Shown here piece after piece: positions 32,592 to 41,367 of a stretch of 64,000 nucleotides of DNA. Each line of letters starts with the position of its first letter. The stretch's first letter is position 1. The notes under the pieces are model-generated. The model searched no databases, was not told where the DNA came from, and worked only from the letters and a program-made list of their open reading frames with translations. This DNA is from Gammaproteobacteria bacterium. Its GTDB lineage: Bacteria > Pseudomonadota > Gammaproteobacteria > Steroidobacterales > Rariloculaceae. Made by a program: the position numbers and the translations under genes. The stretch covers positions 14,524 to 78,523 of the forward strand of contig JBDTOT010000019.1 of NCBI GenBank assembly GCA_039933105.1, read 5' to 3'.

Positions 32592-33836
32592 TCAGCGCGG
32601 CTCGATTCGCAGCACCGCGCCCTGGGTTTCATCAGTCAGCACGTAGAGCAGGCCGTCGGGGCCTTGCTTGACGTCGCGTATGCGCTGGTGCAAGTCGACG
32701 AGCAGCTCTTCGCGGCGCAGCTCCTCCATCTTCTCGTTGAACAGAATTCGGCTGAGCTGGCCGGTACCCGGAATCTCGCCGAAACGTAGGCCGCCGACGA
32801 ACACATCGCCTTTCCACTTAGCGAGCTTGTCGCCGGTGTAGAACGTGAAGCCGGAAACCGCGATCGCTGGTGTCCAATAGACAAGGGGCGGCTCGTAGCC
32901 GTCGTGCGTCGGCAGCTCGTTCTGCCACGGGCCGGGATAGGTGCGGCCGTAGCTCACGATGGGCCAGCCGTAGTTCTTGCCGGCGTGGATGATGTTCAGC
33001 TCGTCGCCACCGTTCGGGCCGTTCTCGCTCTGCCACACTTCGCCGGTGACGGGATGCACCGCGAGGCCGAGCGAGCTGCGATGGCCGAATGAGTAGATCT
33101 CCGGCTTCCAGCCCGCCTGGCCGACGAAGGGGTTGTCCTTCGGGACGGTGCCGTCGTCATGGATGCGCAGCACTTTGCCCGCGTACGTGTCCTTTTCCTG
33201 GGCGTCGCCACCGCTGGTCGCGATGTACAGCATGCCATCCTGGCCGAACGCGATCGCCACCGCACCCTGTGTCGGATCGTCGCCGACCCAGATGTCCTTC
33301 ACGTCGGTGAGCCCGTTCGCCGTCCACTTCATGCGCGCCACAGCCGCATGATTGCGCTTGTCGCCGACCGGCTTCGTGTAGCTCAAATAAATCAGCTGGT
33401 TTTGCGCGTACTGCGGGTGCAGCACGACGTCCATGTAGCCGTGCACCGCGCCCGGCATGCCGCTCTCGCCGGCGAAATAGGCTTTCGGCCCGCCGCTGAC
33501 CGCCTTCGGATCGAGCTTGCCGTTCTTGATCGTGCGCAGCTCGCCGTTGCGCTGCGCGACAAGCATGGTGCCGTCGGGTAGCCACGTCATGCTGAACGGG
33601 GACGACAACGCTTTCGTGACGACGACGACGCGGATGTCCTGGCCTTCGCCGGTCGCGTACTCGAAGGGGCCGTCGCCGAGCGCTCTGTGCGCCAGCCCTT
33701 GCGGCGCGACCGGAATGCCCATTTGAAACGGCACATTGCGCTGGGCGAACGCCGCGGGTGCGGCAAGCGCGGCGGCGGCTAAGGCGAGCAAGGAGCCGCT
33801 CGAAGCGGCGCGGTGCGTAGAGCGAGCGATTGGCAT
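32592..33836 (-). CDS. PQQ-dependent sugar (glucose/sorbosone) dehydrogenase, soluble type
   Basis: Signal peptide from ATG 33836 (MPIARSTHRAASSGSLLALAAAALAAPAAFA). Beta-propeller motifs FGHRSSLGLAVHP, ENGPNGGDELNII and GKNYGWP. Confidence 0.85.
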   Translation of the reverse strand: MPIARSTHRAASSGSLLALAAAALAAPAAFAQRNVPFQMGIPVAPQGLAHRALGDGPFEYATGEGQDIRVVVVTKALSSPFSMTWLPDGTMLVAQRNGELRTIKNGKLDPKAVSGGPKAYFAGESGMPGAVHGYMDVVLHPQYAQNQLIYLSYTKPVGDKRNHAAVARMKWTANGLTDVKDIWVGDDPTQGAVAIAFGQDGMLYIATSGGDAQEKDTYAGKVLRIHDDGTVPKDNPFVGQAGWKPEIYSFGHRSSLGLAVHPVTGEVWQSENGPNGGDELNIIHAGKNYGWPIVSYGRTYPGPWQNELPTHDGYEPPLVYWTPAIAVSGFTFYTGDKLAKWKGDVFVGGLRFGEIPGTGQLSRILFNEKMEELRREELLVDLHQRIRDVKQGPDGLLYVLTDETQGAVLRIEPR

Positions 33837-34008
33837 GGTATTGAGACCCCCAGAGTTGAACCCGGAGTATAGGGCGACACGCGCGCGTGCCCAAGCGGCG
33901 GGGCGAGGGGCGAACGCGACACGAGTTTGGACTGCGGCGCTGCGTGACCGTACCGAGTTCGCTATGATTCGGTCAGGCTCGACGGAGCCGACCAAAGGGG
34001 GGGAACTG

Positions 34009-34812
34009 ATGCACCGTGGGCTCATTGTTTGCGTGGCGACCATTCTCATTGGCGCCGCGCCGCTCGTCGGCAATGCGCAGGCCGCTCCGAAACGAATTGG
34101 CGGTCATCCAAACCTGAACGGCCTCTGGCAGTCGATGAGCACGGCCTACTGGAATCTCGAGGGCCATGCAGCTTCGCCGCTGAACGATTTCTGGCGGCTG
34201 GGTGCTATCGCTGCGATCCCCGCCGGTCAAGGTGTCGTGAAGGAAGGCAAGATCCCGTACAAACCCGAGGCCCTCGCGAAACGCGAGCAAAACCGCGCGG
34301 GTTGGCCGAAGACGGACCCAGAGGCTGCCTGCTACTTGCCGGGCATTCCGCGCGCAACTTACCTGCCGTATCCGTTTCAAATCGTGCAAGGCGACGGCGA
34401 CATACTGTTCGCATATGAGTTCGCGGCCGCCAATCGCGCCGTTCACATGAAGGACCGTCGCACAATCGACCAAGTGCCCGTGGACATGTGGATGGGCTGG
34501 TCCAACGGCCATTGGGAAGGCGACACGCTCGTGGTCGAGGTGCTCGCCAACGATGACCGCACATGGCTCGATCGCGCGGGCAACTACCACAGCAGCGCGA
34601 TGAAGGTGACCGAGCGCTACACGCCGCTCGATGCCAACCGGCTGCAGTACGAGGCCACGATCGACGATTCCGAGACGTTCACGAAACCGTGGACGATATC
34701 CCTGCACCTCTATCGGCACACGGAACCGAACGCGGAGCTGCTCGAGTACAAGTGCGTCGAGTTTTCCGAGCACCTGCTCTACAACGAGTTCCTGAAGCAG
34801 CCGCTGCCGTAG
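34009..34812 (+). CDS. exported protein of unknown function, paralogue A
   Basis: Signal peptide MHRGLIVCVATILIGAAPLVGNAQA. Shares GHWEGDTLVVE, MKVTERY, T-x-PW and EYKCVE blocks with the product of 35287..36450. Confidence 0.7.
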   Translation: MHRGLIVCVATILIGAAPLVGNAQAAPKRIGGHPNLNGLWQSMSTAYWNLEGHAASPLNDFWRLGAIAAIPAGQGVVKEGKIPYKPEALAKREQNRAGWPKTDPEAACYLPGIPRATYLPYPFQIVQGDGDILFAYEFAAANRAVHMKDRRTIDQVPVDMWMGWSNGHWEGDTLVVEVLANDDRTWLDRAGNYHSSAMKVTERYTPLDANRLQYEATIDDSETFTKPWTISLHLYRHTEPNAELLEYKCVEFSEHLLYNEFLKQPLP

Positions 34813-34856
34813 GCTCGGCTGCGGCGCGATCAATCAGGCAATCAGGAGACGAAGAC

Positions 34857-35267
34857 ATGCGAGTCGTGAACTGGTTCGGAGTGCTGGGCGGAGCCGCGCT
34901 GATCGCGATGGCCGCGCCGGTCGTAGCGCATCACTCGTTCGCCGCAGAGTTCGACATCAACCGGCCGATCAAACTCGACGGCGTCGTCACGAAGATGGAG
35001 TTAAGCAACCCGCATTCCTGGTTGCATCTCGAAATCGTGACTGCCACCGGCGAGAAGCAGCAGTGGATGGTGGAGGGCGGGGCGCCGAACGCTCTGATCC
35101 GCAACGGCTGGAACCGCAACTCAGTGGCGCCCGGCACGAAGGTGCATGTCGAAGGTTTTCAGGCCAAGGATCGCTCGTTCCGCGCCAGCGGGCGCGACAT
35201 CACGTTGCCCGACGGCAAGTCGCTCTTCATGGGCCAAGGCGGCTCGGCAGCGCCGAGCGCGGAGTAA
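34857..35267 (+). CDS. DUF6152-like small exported protein
   Basis: RBS AGGAGA precedes ATG 34857. Signal peptide MRVVNWFGVLGGAALIAMAAPVVA. The predicted mature N-terminus is HHSFAAEFD, as I recall for DUF6152 proteins (family call from memory). Confidence 0.7.
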   Translation: MRVVNWFGVLGGAALIAMAAPVVAHHSFAAEFDINRPIKLDGVVTKMELSNPHSWLHLEIVTATGEKQQWMVEGGAPNALIRNGWNRNSVAPGTKVHVEGFQAKDRSFRASGRDITLPDGKSLFMGQGGSAAPSAE

Positions 35268-35286
35268 ACCTCGCGAGCTCGATGGT

Positions 35287-36450
35287 CTATTCGCCGGCGT
35301 TGATGTCGAAAATCTCGGCGCCTTCGCGTGGCCGGCCGTAGATACCGAGGCCCTCCGCGCGCTTCGGCGGCGGTTGGCCTTTGGCCAGCGCCTCGGCCGC
35401 TTCGCGATCTAGCGCGCGCTCGCCTGACAGCGCATGCCCTACCGCGCCGTTGCCCTCGTGGCACGAGTACTCGTACGTCTCGTAGTTCGGCTGCGTCGTG
35501 ATCATGAGCCGGAACGAGAACGGCGCAGTGTAGGTGGCCAGATCGTTCACGGTGGCCATGTACTCGATCATGTCCAAATCCACCCGACGGAACCGTTCGG
35601 TCAACTTCATTCCCGCGCTATGTCGTGTGCCGTTGCCGTTCGGGCCGATGCTAGTGTCGTCCGTGAAATTCGTCGTCTCCACTACCAAGGTGTTGCCCTC
35701 GAAGTGGCCCCGGGCGTCGCCCATGTACTGGCGGATGCTGCCGTCGAGGTGTTTGCGGCTGTCGAGCGGAATGATCCGCGTGTCGTGGATCATTTCGTAG
35801 CTGATAGAGATGGCCGTCGGTGTCTGCACGATCCGCATGCCGTTGCCGTAGATGACCGGTAGCGTCGAGCCGAGTACGCCGCGTGTGATGCAGCGGTCGT
35901 ACAGCGTGAAGTCCTCGAACGCGTTGAAGGGTCCCGGACCGAAGGTACCGCGATCGCGGTTGCCCGCACGTGCTTTGGCCGCGGCGGTCATTTCGGGAAT
36001 TCGACCGTTCGCCGGGCTGACCACGAGCGACGAGTAGCCAAACGTACGGATGCCCCATTCGTTACGAAGGAACGTCTCGCGATTCGCCGCGAGATCCTTG
36101 CCGCCTTCGTCACGGCCAGCGCGTTGCTGAAATTCCTCGGGCGTCAGCGTGTCCCGCTCGCCGAAGTTTTCTGGGCGCTGCAGCGGCACGCTGCGCATGT
36201 CGTCGGTGCTCCAGACGCCGTCGAAGCTCGGGTCGCCCCACGACGTGCGCGGAGCCTTCCAGTTGCGTTCCTTGACCGCCGCGGCCGTGGTTTCCGCGGG
36301 CACCGAGCGCACGGTCGAAGGTTTGGCCGTCGGGCCGCCGCCGAAGCCCTGGGCGCAGGCAGCACTCGCGAACAGCACGGCGACCGTCGTCGCGAGACCA
36401 CAAGGAATGCGGGTGTCGAGGCGCAGCATGGCCAACTCCCCATTTGCCAA
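35287..36450 (-). CDS. exported protein of unknown function, paralogue B
   Basis: Signal peptide (M)LRLDTRIPCGLATTVAVLFASAACA, with an alternative ATG at 36429. Blocks GHFEGNTLVVE, MKLTERF, T-x-PF and EYSCHE parallel those of 34009..34812. Confidence 0.7.
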   Translation of the reverse strand: MANGELAMLRLDTRIPCGLATTVAVLFASAACAQGFGGGPTAKPSTVRSVPAETTAAAVKERNWKAPRTSWGDPSFDGVWSTDDMRSVPLQRPENFGERDTLTPEEFQQRAGRDEGGKDLAANRETFLRNEWGIRTFGYSSLVVSPANGRIPEMTAAAKARAGNRDRGTFGPGPFNAFEDFTLYDRCITRGVLGSTLPVIYGNGMRIVQTPTAISISYEMIHDTRIIPLDSRKHLDGSIRQYMGDARGHFEGNTLVVETTNFTDDTSIGPNGNGTRHSAGMKLTERFRRVDLDMIEYMATVNDLATYTAPFSFRLMITTQPNYETYEYSCHEGNGAVGHALSGERALDREAAEALAKGQPPPKRAEGLGIYGRPREGAEIFDINAGE

Positions 36451-36526
36451 CGTGCGAGTGCGATGGTCGAAGGATAGGCGATTGGCATCGCGTTCTCCAT
36501 CGGCGCTGGCGCGCGCGCGGCACGGC

Positions 36527-37060
36527 TCAGGCGGCCGGCGTCCTCACGGCGCGTAGCGCCTTGTCGAGGTCGGCGACGTCTACGGCACCGAGCTCCGGGC
36601 TGAAATGCCGAATTCGCTCGACGATCTCGACCGTTTCGAAATAGGGCTGCGCGCAACCTGCGTGCACGAAGCCGCCTGGCTCGAAACGAAACTCCTCGAA
36701 GAACACGAGAGCGATCCGCCATTCGTCCTTCGCGATCAGCTCTTTGCAGGAGCGACAGCGCGCGCGGCCCGTCGGTGCGCGCTCCGCGCCGTGAATGCGC
36801 GGCACGCGGCGGTGCTCGATGCCGACTTTCGCGGCGGGGATTAGCGCGGCGGCGGTGTCGCCCGATGTGGCCGCGATTTCGAGAAACGGCTCGGGGCGCG
36901 CGTAGGCGGCGCACACGACGTGGAACCACAAAGTCATCTCGCCTTCGCCGAAAGCGTTCGGCTGACGCTCGCCAAAGCGCAGCTCACCCTTGGCGATGGG
37001 CCGGCCACAGCCGCGGCATTTGGCGCGGCCACTCGAGGCAGATTCGATCACGTGCGGCAC
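36527..37060 (-). CDS. protein with two PARP-type zinc fingers
   Basis: Two copies of the C-x2-C...H-x2-C pattern in zf-PARP context: SGRAKCRGCGRPIAKGELRFG...LWFHVVCA and TGRARCRSCKELIAKDEWRIA...GFVHAGCA. Compare human PARP1 [21 protein letters not shown]...WYHFSCF. Confidence 0.75.
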   Translation of the reverse strand: MPHVIESASSGRAKCRGCGRPIAKGELRFGERQPNAFGEGEMTLWFHVVCAAYARPEPFLEIAATSGDTAAALIPAAKVGIEHRRVPRIHGAERAPTGRARCRSCKELIAKDEWRIALVFFEEFRFEPGGFVHAGCAQPYFETVEIVERIRHFSPELGAVDVADLDKALRAVRTPAA

Positions 37061-37102
37061 GCGGCGATTATAAGCACGCCGCTCTGCCAGTGGCCTTTCG
37101 CG

Positions 37103-38398
37103 ATGGGAAGGTCGCGCCTGTTATTCTTCTCGCCCATCGGCACGAGACTCGTTCACTCTGTGAGCACTTCACCTCCTGCAGCGTCAGAGCAAGCGACCGA
37201 TACGGCATTCACGATCCTTGCCGCCATCAGCTTTTGCCACCTGCTGAACGACATGATGCAGTCGCTGCTGCCGGCGATTTACCCGATTCTGAAGGACAGC
37301 TACGGCCTCACGTTTGGCCAGATCGGCCTCATCACGTTTACGTTCCAGGTAACGGCGTCGCTGCTGCAGCCTGTGATCGGCAACTTCACGGACCGCCGCC
37401 CGCAGCCGTATTCGCTCGCCGTGGGGATGGGATTCTCCTTCTTCGGCTTGCTGCTCCTGTCGCGTGCCAACAGCTTCACGCTGCTGCTCGTTGCGGCGGG
37501 GCTCGTCGGCACGGGGTCCGCGGTGCTGCACCCGGAATCGTCGCGCGTCGCACGAATGGCGGCCGGCAGGCAGCCCGGTCTGGCACAGTCGTTGTTCCAG
37601 ATGGGCGGCAATCTCGGTTCATCGATCGGGCCATTGTTTGCGGCGTCGGTCGTCCTGCGTTTCGGCCAGACTAGCGTGGCATGGTTCGCGCTCGCGGCCG
37701 TGCTCGGCATGGTGTTGCTCGTGCGCGTGGGCCGTTGGTACGTCCAACACGGTATGTTGCGGATGCATGCCGCGGGGCGGCGCGACTCGGCGCGCGAAGT
37801 GCCGGCGCACGGCCGCGTGGTCGTTGCGATGTCCGTTCTCGTCGCGCTCGTGTTCTCGAAGTTCGTCTACACGGCTAGCATCACGAGCTACTACACGTTC
37901 TATCTGATCGAGCGCTTCGGTGTGTCGGTGCGCGCGGCGCAAGTGCATCTCTTCGTGTACTTGGCGTCAGTTGCGCTCGGCACCTTGCTTGGCGGGACCA
38001 TCGGCGACCGGTTCGGCCGCAAGGTCGTGATTTGGGTGTCGATCCTGGGTGTGCTGCCGTTCACTCTCGTGCTGCCGTACGCGAACCTGTTTTGGGCCGG
38101 CGTGTTAACGGTGCCGATCGGGTTGATCCTCGCATCGGCGTTTCCCGCGATAGTCGTCTACGGCCAAGAGCTCGTGCCGTTCAAGGTGGGTACCGTCGCA
38201 GGGCTGTTCTTCGGCCTCGCGTTCGGTCTCGGCGGCATCGGCGCAGCTCTCGTGGGGCAGCTCGCGGACGTTCACGGTGTGGAGTTCGTGTTCAAGCTGT
38301 GCTCGTGGCTGCCGGCGATCGGCTTGCTGGCGGCTTTCTTGCCGCGCGTCGAGCCACGAGGCCGGTCGATGCGCCCGCTCGTAGCCCAAAAGACCTAG
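37103..38398 (+). CDS. MFS transporter, Fsr (fosmidomycin-resistance) subfamily-like
   Basis: About 12 TM segments. The N-terminal block ILAAISFCHLLNDMMQSLLPAIYPILKDSYGLTFGQIGLITFTFQ is typical of Fsr-type MFS proteins. The start at ATG 37103 is uncertain. Confidence 0.8.
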   Translation: MGRSRLLFFSPIGTRLVHSVSTSPPAASEQATDTAFTILAAISFCHLLNDMMQSLLPAIYPILKDSYGLTFGQIGLITFTFQVTASLLQPVIGNFTDRRPQPYSLAVGMGFSFFGLLLLSRANSFTLLLVAAGLVGTGSAVLHPESSRVARMAAGRQPGLAQSLFQMGGNLGSSIGPLFAASVVLRFGQTSVAWFALAAVLGMVLLVRVGRWYVQHGMLRMHAAGRRDSAREVPAHGRVVVAMSVLVALVFSKFVYTASITSYYTFYLIERFGVSVRAAQVHLFVYLASVALGTLLGGTIGDRFGRKVVIWVSILGVLPFTLVLPYANLFWAGVLTVPIGLILASAFPAIVVYGQELVPFKVGTVAGLFFGLAFGLGGIGAALVGQLADVHGVEFVFKLCSWLPAIGLLAAFLPRVEPRGRSMRPLVAQKT

Positions 38399-39081
38399 CA
38401 TGGCTCGGCGCGAGTACGCGGTGGCGCCACAGGCTCGCCCTATATATATATGCGTCCGGAGGCCGCGCGGATGAACCCGTGGGGCGCGGTTGCGAACTTA
38501 CGAGAGGGCGCCGTCTTCGCGCGTGACATAAGCACTTGGCGATTCGGGCAATTGCGCACCATGCGCGGGCGAGGTGCGTCGTCATAGTGCCGCGCGTCGG
38601 CTCGGCGCACCGGCGCGGCCCGAGGTGTTCGGCTGCGCATCAGTGTCGTCGCGGGCGCAAATGCTTCGTCGTAATGCCACGCGGGAGTATTTTTGGCGGC
38701 AAGCGGGGTCCTGTAGAAACCCCTATGCATGCGCGCGAACATTTGACTACACTAGCCACTCGTTGTCCGCGGCAGTTTTTGGTGTTGGTCAAACAAATGG
38801 GGTCGCGAGGCGCACAGCGTCCTTGCGAGAACGCCTTAGCCGTGCGACGCGATAACTCGAATGAGGTTGGTGCTACGTCCTAGACCCGAATAATCGGGCG
38901 AAGGGGGAAAACCCCCCAGGGCATGGTAGGGGGAAGTTGTGGACGGTGTTTCAGACTGCCGTTGCGACTGTGTAGGCGGCCTTTCCGGCGAAGCCCGTTC
39001 TGGGCTCGCGGTTGTCGGCTGCGGATTCTTCGTGGAAACTACGTTTTCGATTTGTGGCGCTCGCCCCGGCGAGGGCCCGAG

Positions 39082-39120
39082 AATCGTTGTCGGCCGCGCC
39101 GGCAACGATTAGTTTGTTTT
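39082..39120 (+). terminator. intrinsic-terminator-like hairpin inside the leader of the TonB cluster
   Basis: AATCGTTGTCGGC-cgc-GCCGGCAACGATT (13 bp including one G-U pair) followed by AGTTTGTTTTGGG. It ends 53 nt before the first start codon of the cluster. Confidence 0.55.
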
Positions 39121-39172
39121 GGGTTGGCTGGCGTGAGCCTTATGCAGGATCAATTTTCAGGAGGCGCTTGTT

Positions 39173-39970
39173 GTGATGATGTTCAAAACTAAAGTAGCTG
39201 CAGCTACTGGCCCGCGGTTGGTCCACCTGCTGGTGGCAATCGTGCCGGTCATGTTGGCCGCACCCGCTGGTGCGCAGCTCCAAGAGGCGATCACCGCACA
39301 AGTGGCGGCGGACAACCAGGCCTCCGCTGATCAGAAGCAGGTCAACGATATCCGCGACAAAACGCGCGACGCGGCTGGCCGCTACGCGCAGGCGATGGCC
39401 GACGCCGACAGCCTCGACCGCTACAACAACCAGCTCAATGAGCAGGTGAAGTCGCAGCAGACGGAAATCGGATCGATCGAGCGACAGCTCAACGAGATCG
39501 AAACGACCAACCGCGAAGTGCAGCCGTTGATGCAGCAGATGGTCGACACGCTCGCGCAGTTCGTGAAGCTCGACGTGCCGTTCCTGATCGAGGATCGGCA
39601 AGCTCGTGTGCAGGGCCTCAAAGACATGATGGCGCGCGCCGACGTAACCATCTCCGAGAAGTACCGCCGGATTCTCGAGGCCTACCAGATCGAGCTCGAA
39701 TACGGCCGCACGCTGTCGTCCTACCAGGGCCGTTTGGGCACTGGCGCCGATGCGCGAACCGTCGAGTTCGTGCAGCTCGGTCGCGTGTCGCTGATGTACC
39801 GCACGATCGACGGTAGCGAGACCGGCTACTGGGATGCCACCAAGAAGTCCTGGGTACCCGACGCAAGTTATAAGCAAGCGGTCGAGACTGCGATCAAAGT
39901 CGCTAAGCGCGACGGCGCTGCCGAGCTGCTGACCGTGCCTGTTCCGGCCCCGCAGGAGGTGCGGTCGTGA
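39173..39970 (+). CDS. DUF3450 periplasmic coiled-coil protein (TtpB position of TonB2-type systems), copy 1
   Basis: RBS CAGGAGG, then GTG/ATG/ATG at 39173-39181. Signal peptide, coiled-coil region, and conserved tail EAYQIELEYGRT...FVQLGRVSLMYRT...GYWD. Confidence 0.85.
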   Translation: MMMFKTKVAAATGPRLVHLLVAIVPVMLAAPAGAQLQEAITAQVAADNQASADQKQVNDIRDKTRDAAGRYAQAMADADSLDRYNNQLNEQVKSQQTEIGSIERQLNEIETTNREVQPLMQQMVDTLAQFVKLDVPFLIEDRQARVQGLKDMMARADVTISEKYRRILEAYQIELEYGRTLSSYQGRLGTGADARTVEFVQLGRVSLMYRTIDGSETGYWDATKKSWVPDASYKQAVETAIKVAKRDGAAELLTVPVPAPQEVRS

Positions 39971-41367
39971 TGAAAATTAGAACGTTGCTGCCCGTAGTGG
40001 CAGTTTTGGGCGCCGTTGCCGCCCCGGCTTTTGCGCAACAACCGGCAGCCACTGATCTGACCGCTCTGCTGAAGCAGACGCAGCAGGTTCGTTCCGAGGC
40101 CGAAGCGAAGTTCGACGCGCGGCGGCAGGAATTCGAAGGCACGCCTGAAGCGCAGAAAGCGGCGCTGACGACGAAAGCCGATCAGCAGCGTAAGGAGTTC
40201 GACACTGCTTCGCAGAAGCTGGCTGACGCGTACGCGGCCAACGAAGTCCGCATCAACAATCTGAACAACCAACTGCGCGACAAAGCCATGAAGCTTGGCC
40301 TCGCCGAGGTGTTCGGGTTGGCGCGGCAGGCGGCCAATGACGCCTCGACCGTCCTGCAGCAGTCATTGATCACCACGCAGTTCCCGCCCGCGGCAGGTCA
40401 ACCGTCGCGTGACGAGTGGATGCGGCAGTTTGCGGCTGCGCGCGGGACGCCGACGGCGGCGGAGCTTGAGCGGGTGTGGATCGAGATCCAACGCGAAATG
40501 ACGGCCAGCGGCCAGGTCGCGAAGTACAAGACACGCATCGTTCAACCCGGCGGTCAGAACGTCGACGCGGACGTGATCCGCATCGGACCGTTCAATGCGA
40601 CGGCGAATGGACAGTTCTTGTCGTATCTGCCGAATTTGCACGTCTTCACCGTGCTGCCGCGGCAGCTGCCGGCGGAATTCATGAGTGTGGCGGCCGCCTT
40701 CCAGAATGCGACGTCCGGCTACGCGCAGGCCGTCGTGGATCCTAACCGCGGCGTCCTTGTCGGTATGTACACTGAGCGTCCGACCTTCATGGGTCGTATC
40801 CAGCTCGGCCAAGAAATTGGCTACGTGATCATGACCGTCGGCGCACTCGGCGCGCTGGCGTTCCTGTTCCAGCTGGTGAGCCTGGTGCTCGTGCGGTTGT
40901 CGGTCTCGACCCAGCTGAAGCACCTGGATCGCCCGACGCCCAACAATCCGCTCGGCCGCGTTCTGCTCGCCTTCAAGGGTGACAAGAATCGCATTGAGGA
41001 GGATTCCGAGGTTGCGGAGCTACGGATCACCGAGGCGGTATTACACGAAGTACCGAGACTAGAACGCTTCCAGGCATTCCTGCGGCTGGCAGTTGCGTCC
41101 GGCCCGTTGCTCGGCCTGATCGGTACGGTCTGGGGCATGATCATCACGTTCCAGAGCATCACGGAGTCGGGTTCGAGCGACCCGAAGTTGATGGCCACCG
41201 GTATCGGCCAGGCCATGATCGCCACCGTGTTGGGTCTCGGTGTGGCAATCCCCCTGCTCTTCGCGAACGCGTTGTTGAACTCGTTGTCGCGCGGCGTCGT
41301 CCAGGTTCTCGACGAACAGAGCGCGGGCATGTTGGCGGAAAGCATCGAAAAGAAACGCCATGCTTGA
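39967..41367 (+). CDS. large MotA/TolQ/ExbB-family proton-channel protein (TtpC-like), copy 1
   Basis: 466 aa. Signal peptide, long periplasmic domain and a C-terminal MotA_ExbB module (GPLLGLIGTVWGMIITFQSI...GIGQAMIATVLGLGVAIPLL). 4-nt overlap with the upstream gene. Confidence 0.88.
   Translation: MMKIRTLLPVVAVLGAVAAPAFAQQPAATDLTALLKQTQQVRSEAEAKFDARRQEFEGTPEAQKAALTTKADQQRKEFDTASQKLADAYAANEVRINNLNNQLRDKAMKLGLAEVFGLARQAANDASTVLQQSLITTQFPPAAGQPSRDEWMRQFAAARGTPTAAELERVWIEIQREMTASGQVAKYKTRIVQPGGQNVDADVIRIGPFNATANGQFLSYLPNLHVFTVLPRQLPAEFMSVAAAFQNATSGYAQAVVDPNRGVLVGMYTERPTFMGRIQLGQEIGYVIMTVGALGALAFLFQLVSLVLVRLSVSTQLKHLDRPTPNNPLGRVLLAFKGDKNRIEEDSEVAELRITEAVLHEVPRLERFQAFLRLAVASGPLLGLIGTVWGMIITFQSITESGSSDPKLMATGIGQAMIATVLGLGVAIPLLFANALLNSLSRGVVQVLDEQSAGMLAESIEKKRHA

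Noticed and set aside
38848-38866. Fur-box-like AT-containing segment GATAACTCGAATGAGGTTG in the TonB-cluster leader.
   Set aside because: It matches fewer than half the positions of the 19-bp Fur consensus GATAATGATAATCATTATC and lacks its dyad symmetry.
38860-39010. Possible cobalamin riboswitch upstream of the TonB cluster (GGTTGGTGC, GGGGGAA, GCGACTGT, AAGCCCG fragments).
   Set aside because: Only scattered short matches to the consensus. The B12-box-like AAGCCCG is not followed by the expected GA-ACC-GCC segment, and I could not build the conserved stems by eye. Left as an unclassified structured leader pending an Infernal search.
38536-39192. ORFs 38536..38883, 38574..38855 and 38923..39192 (+) and 38440..38742, 38836..39105 (-) inside the long intergenic region.
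   Set aside because: The products are Arg/Cys/Pro-rich with no protein-like periodicity, the ORFs overlap one another in several frames, and none has a convincing RBS.
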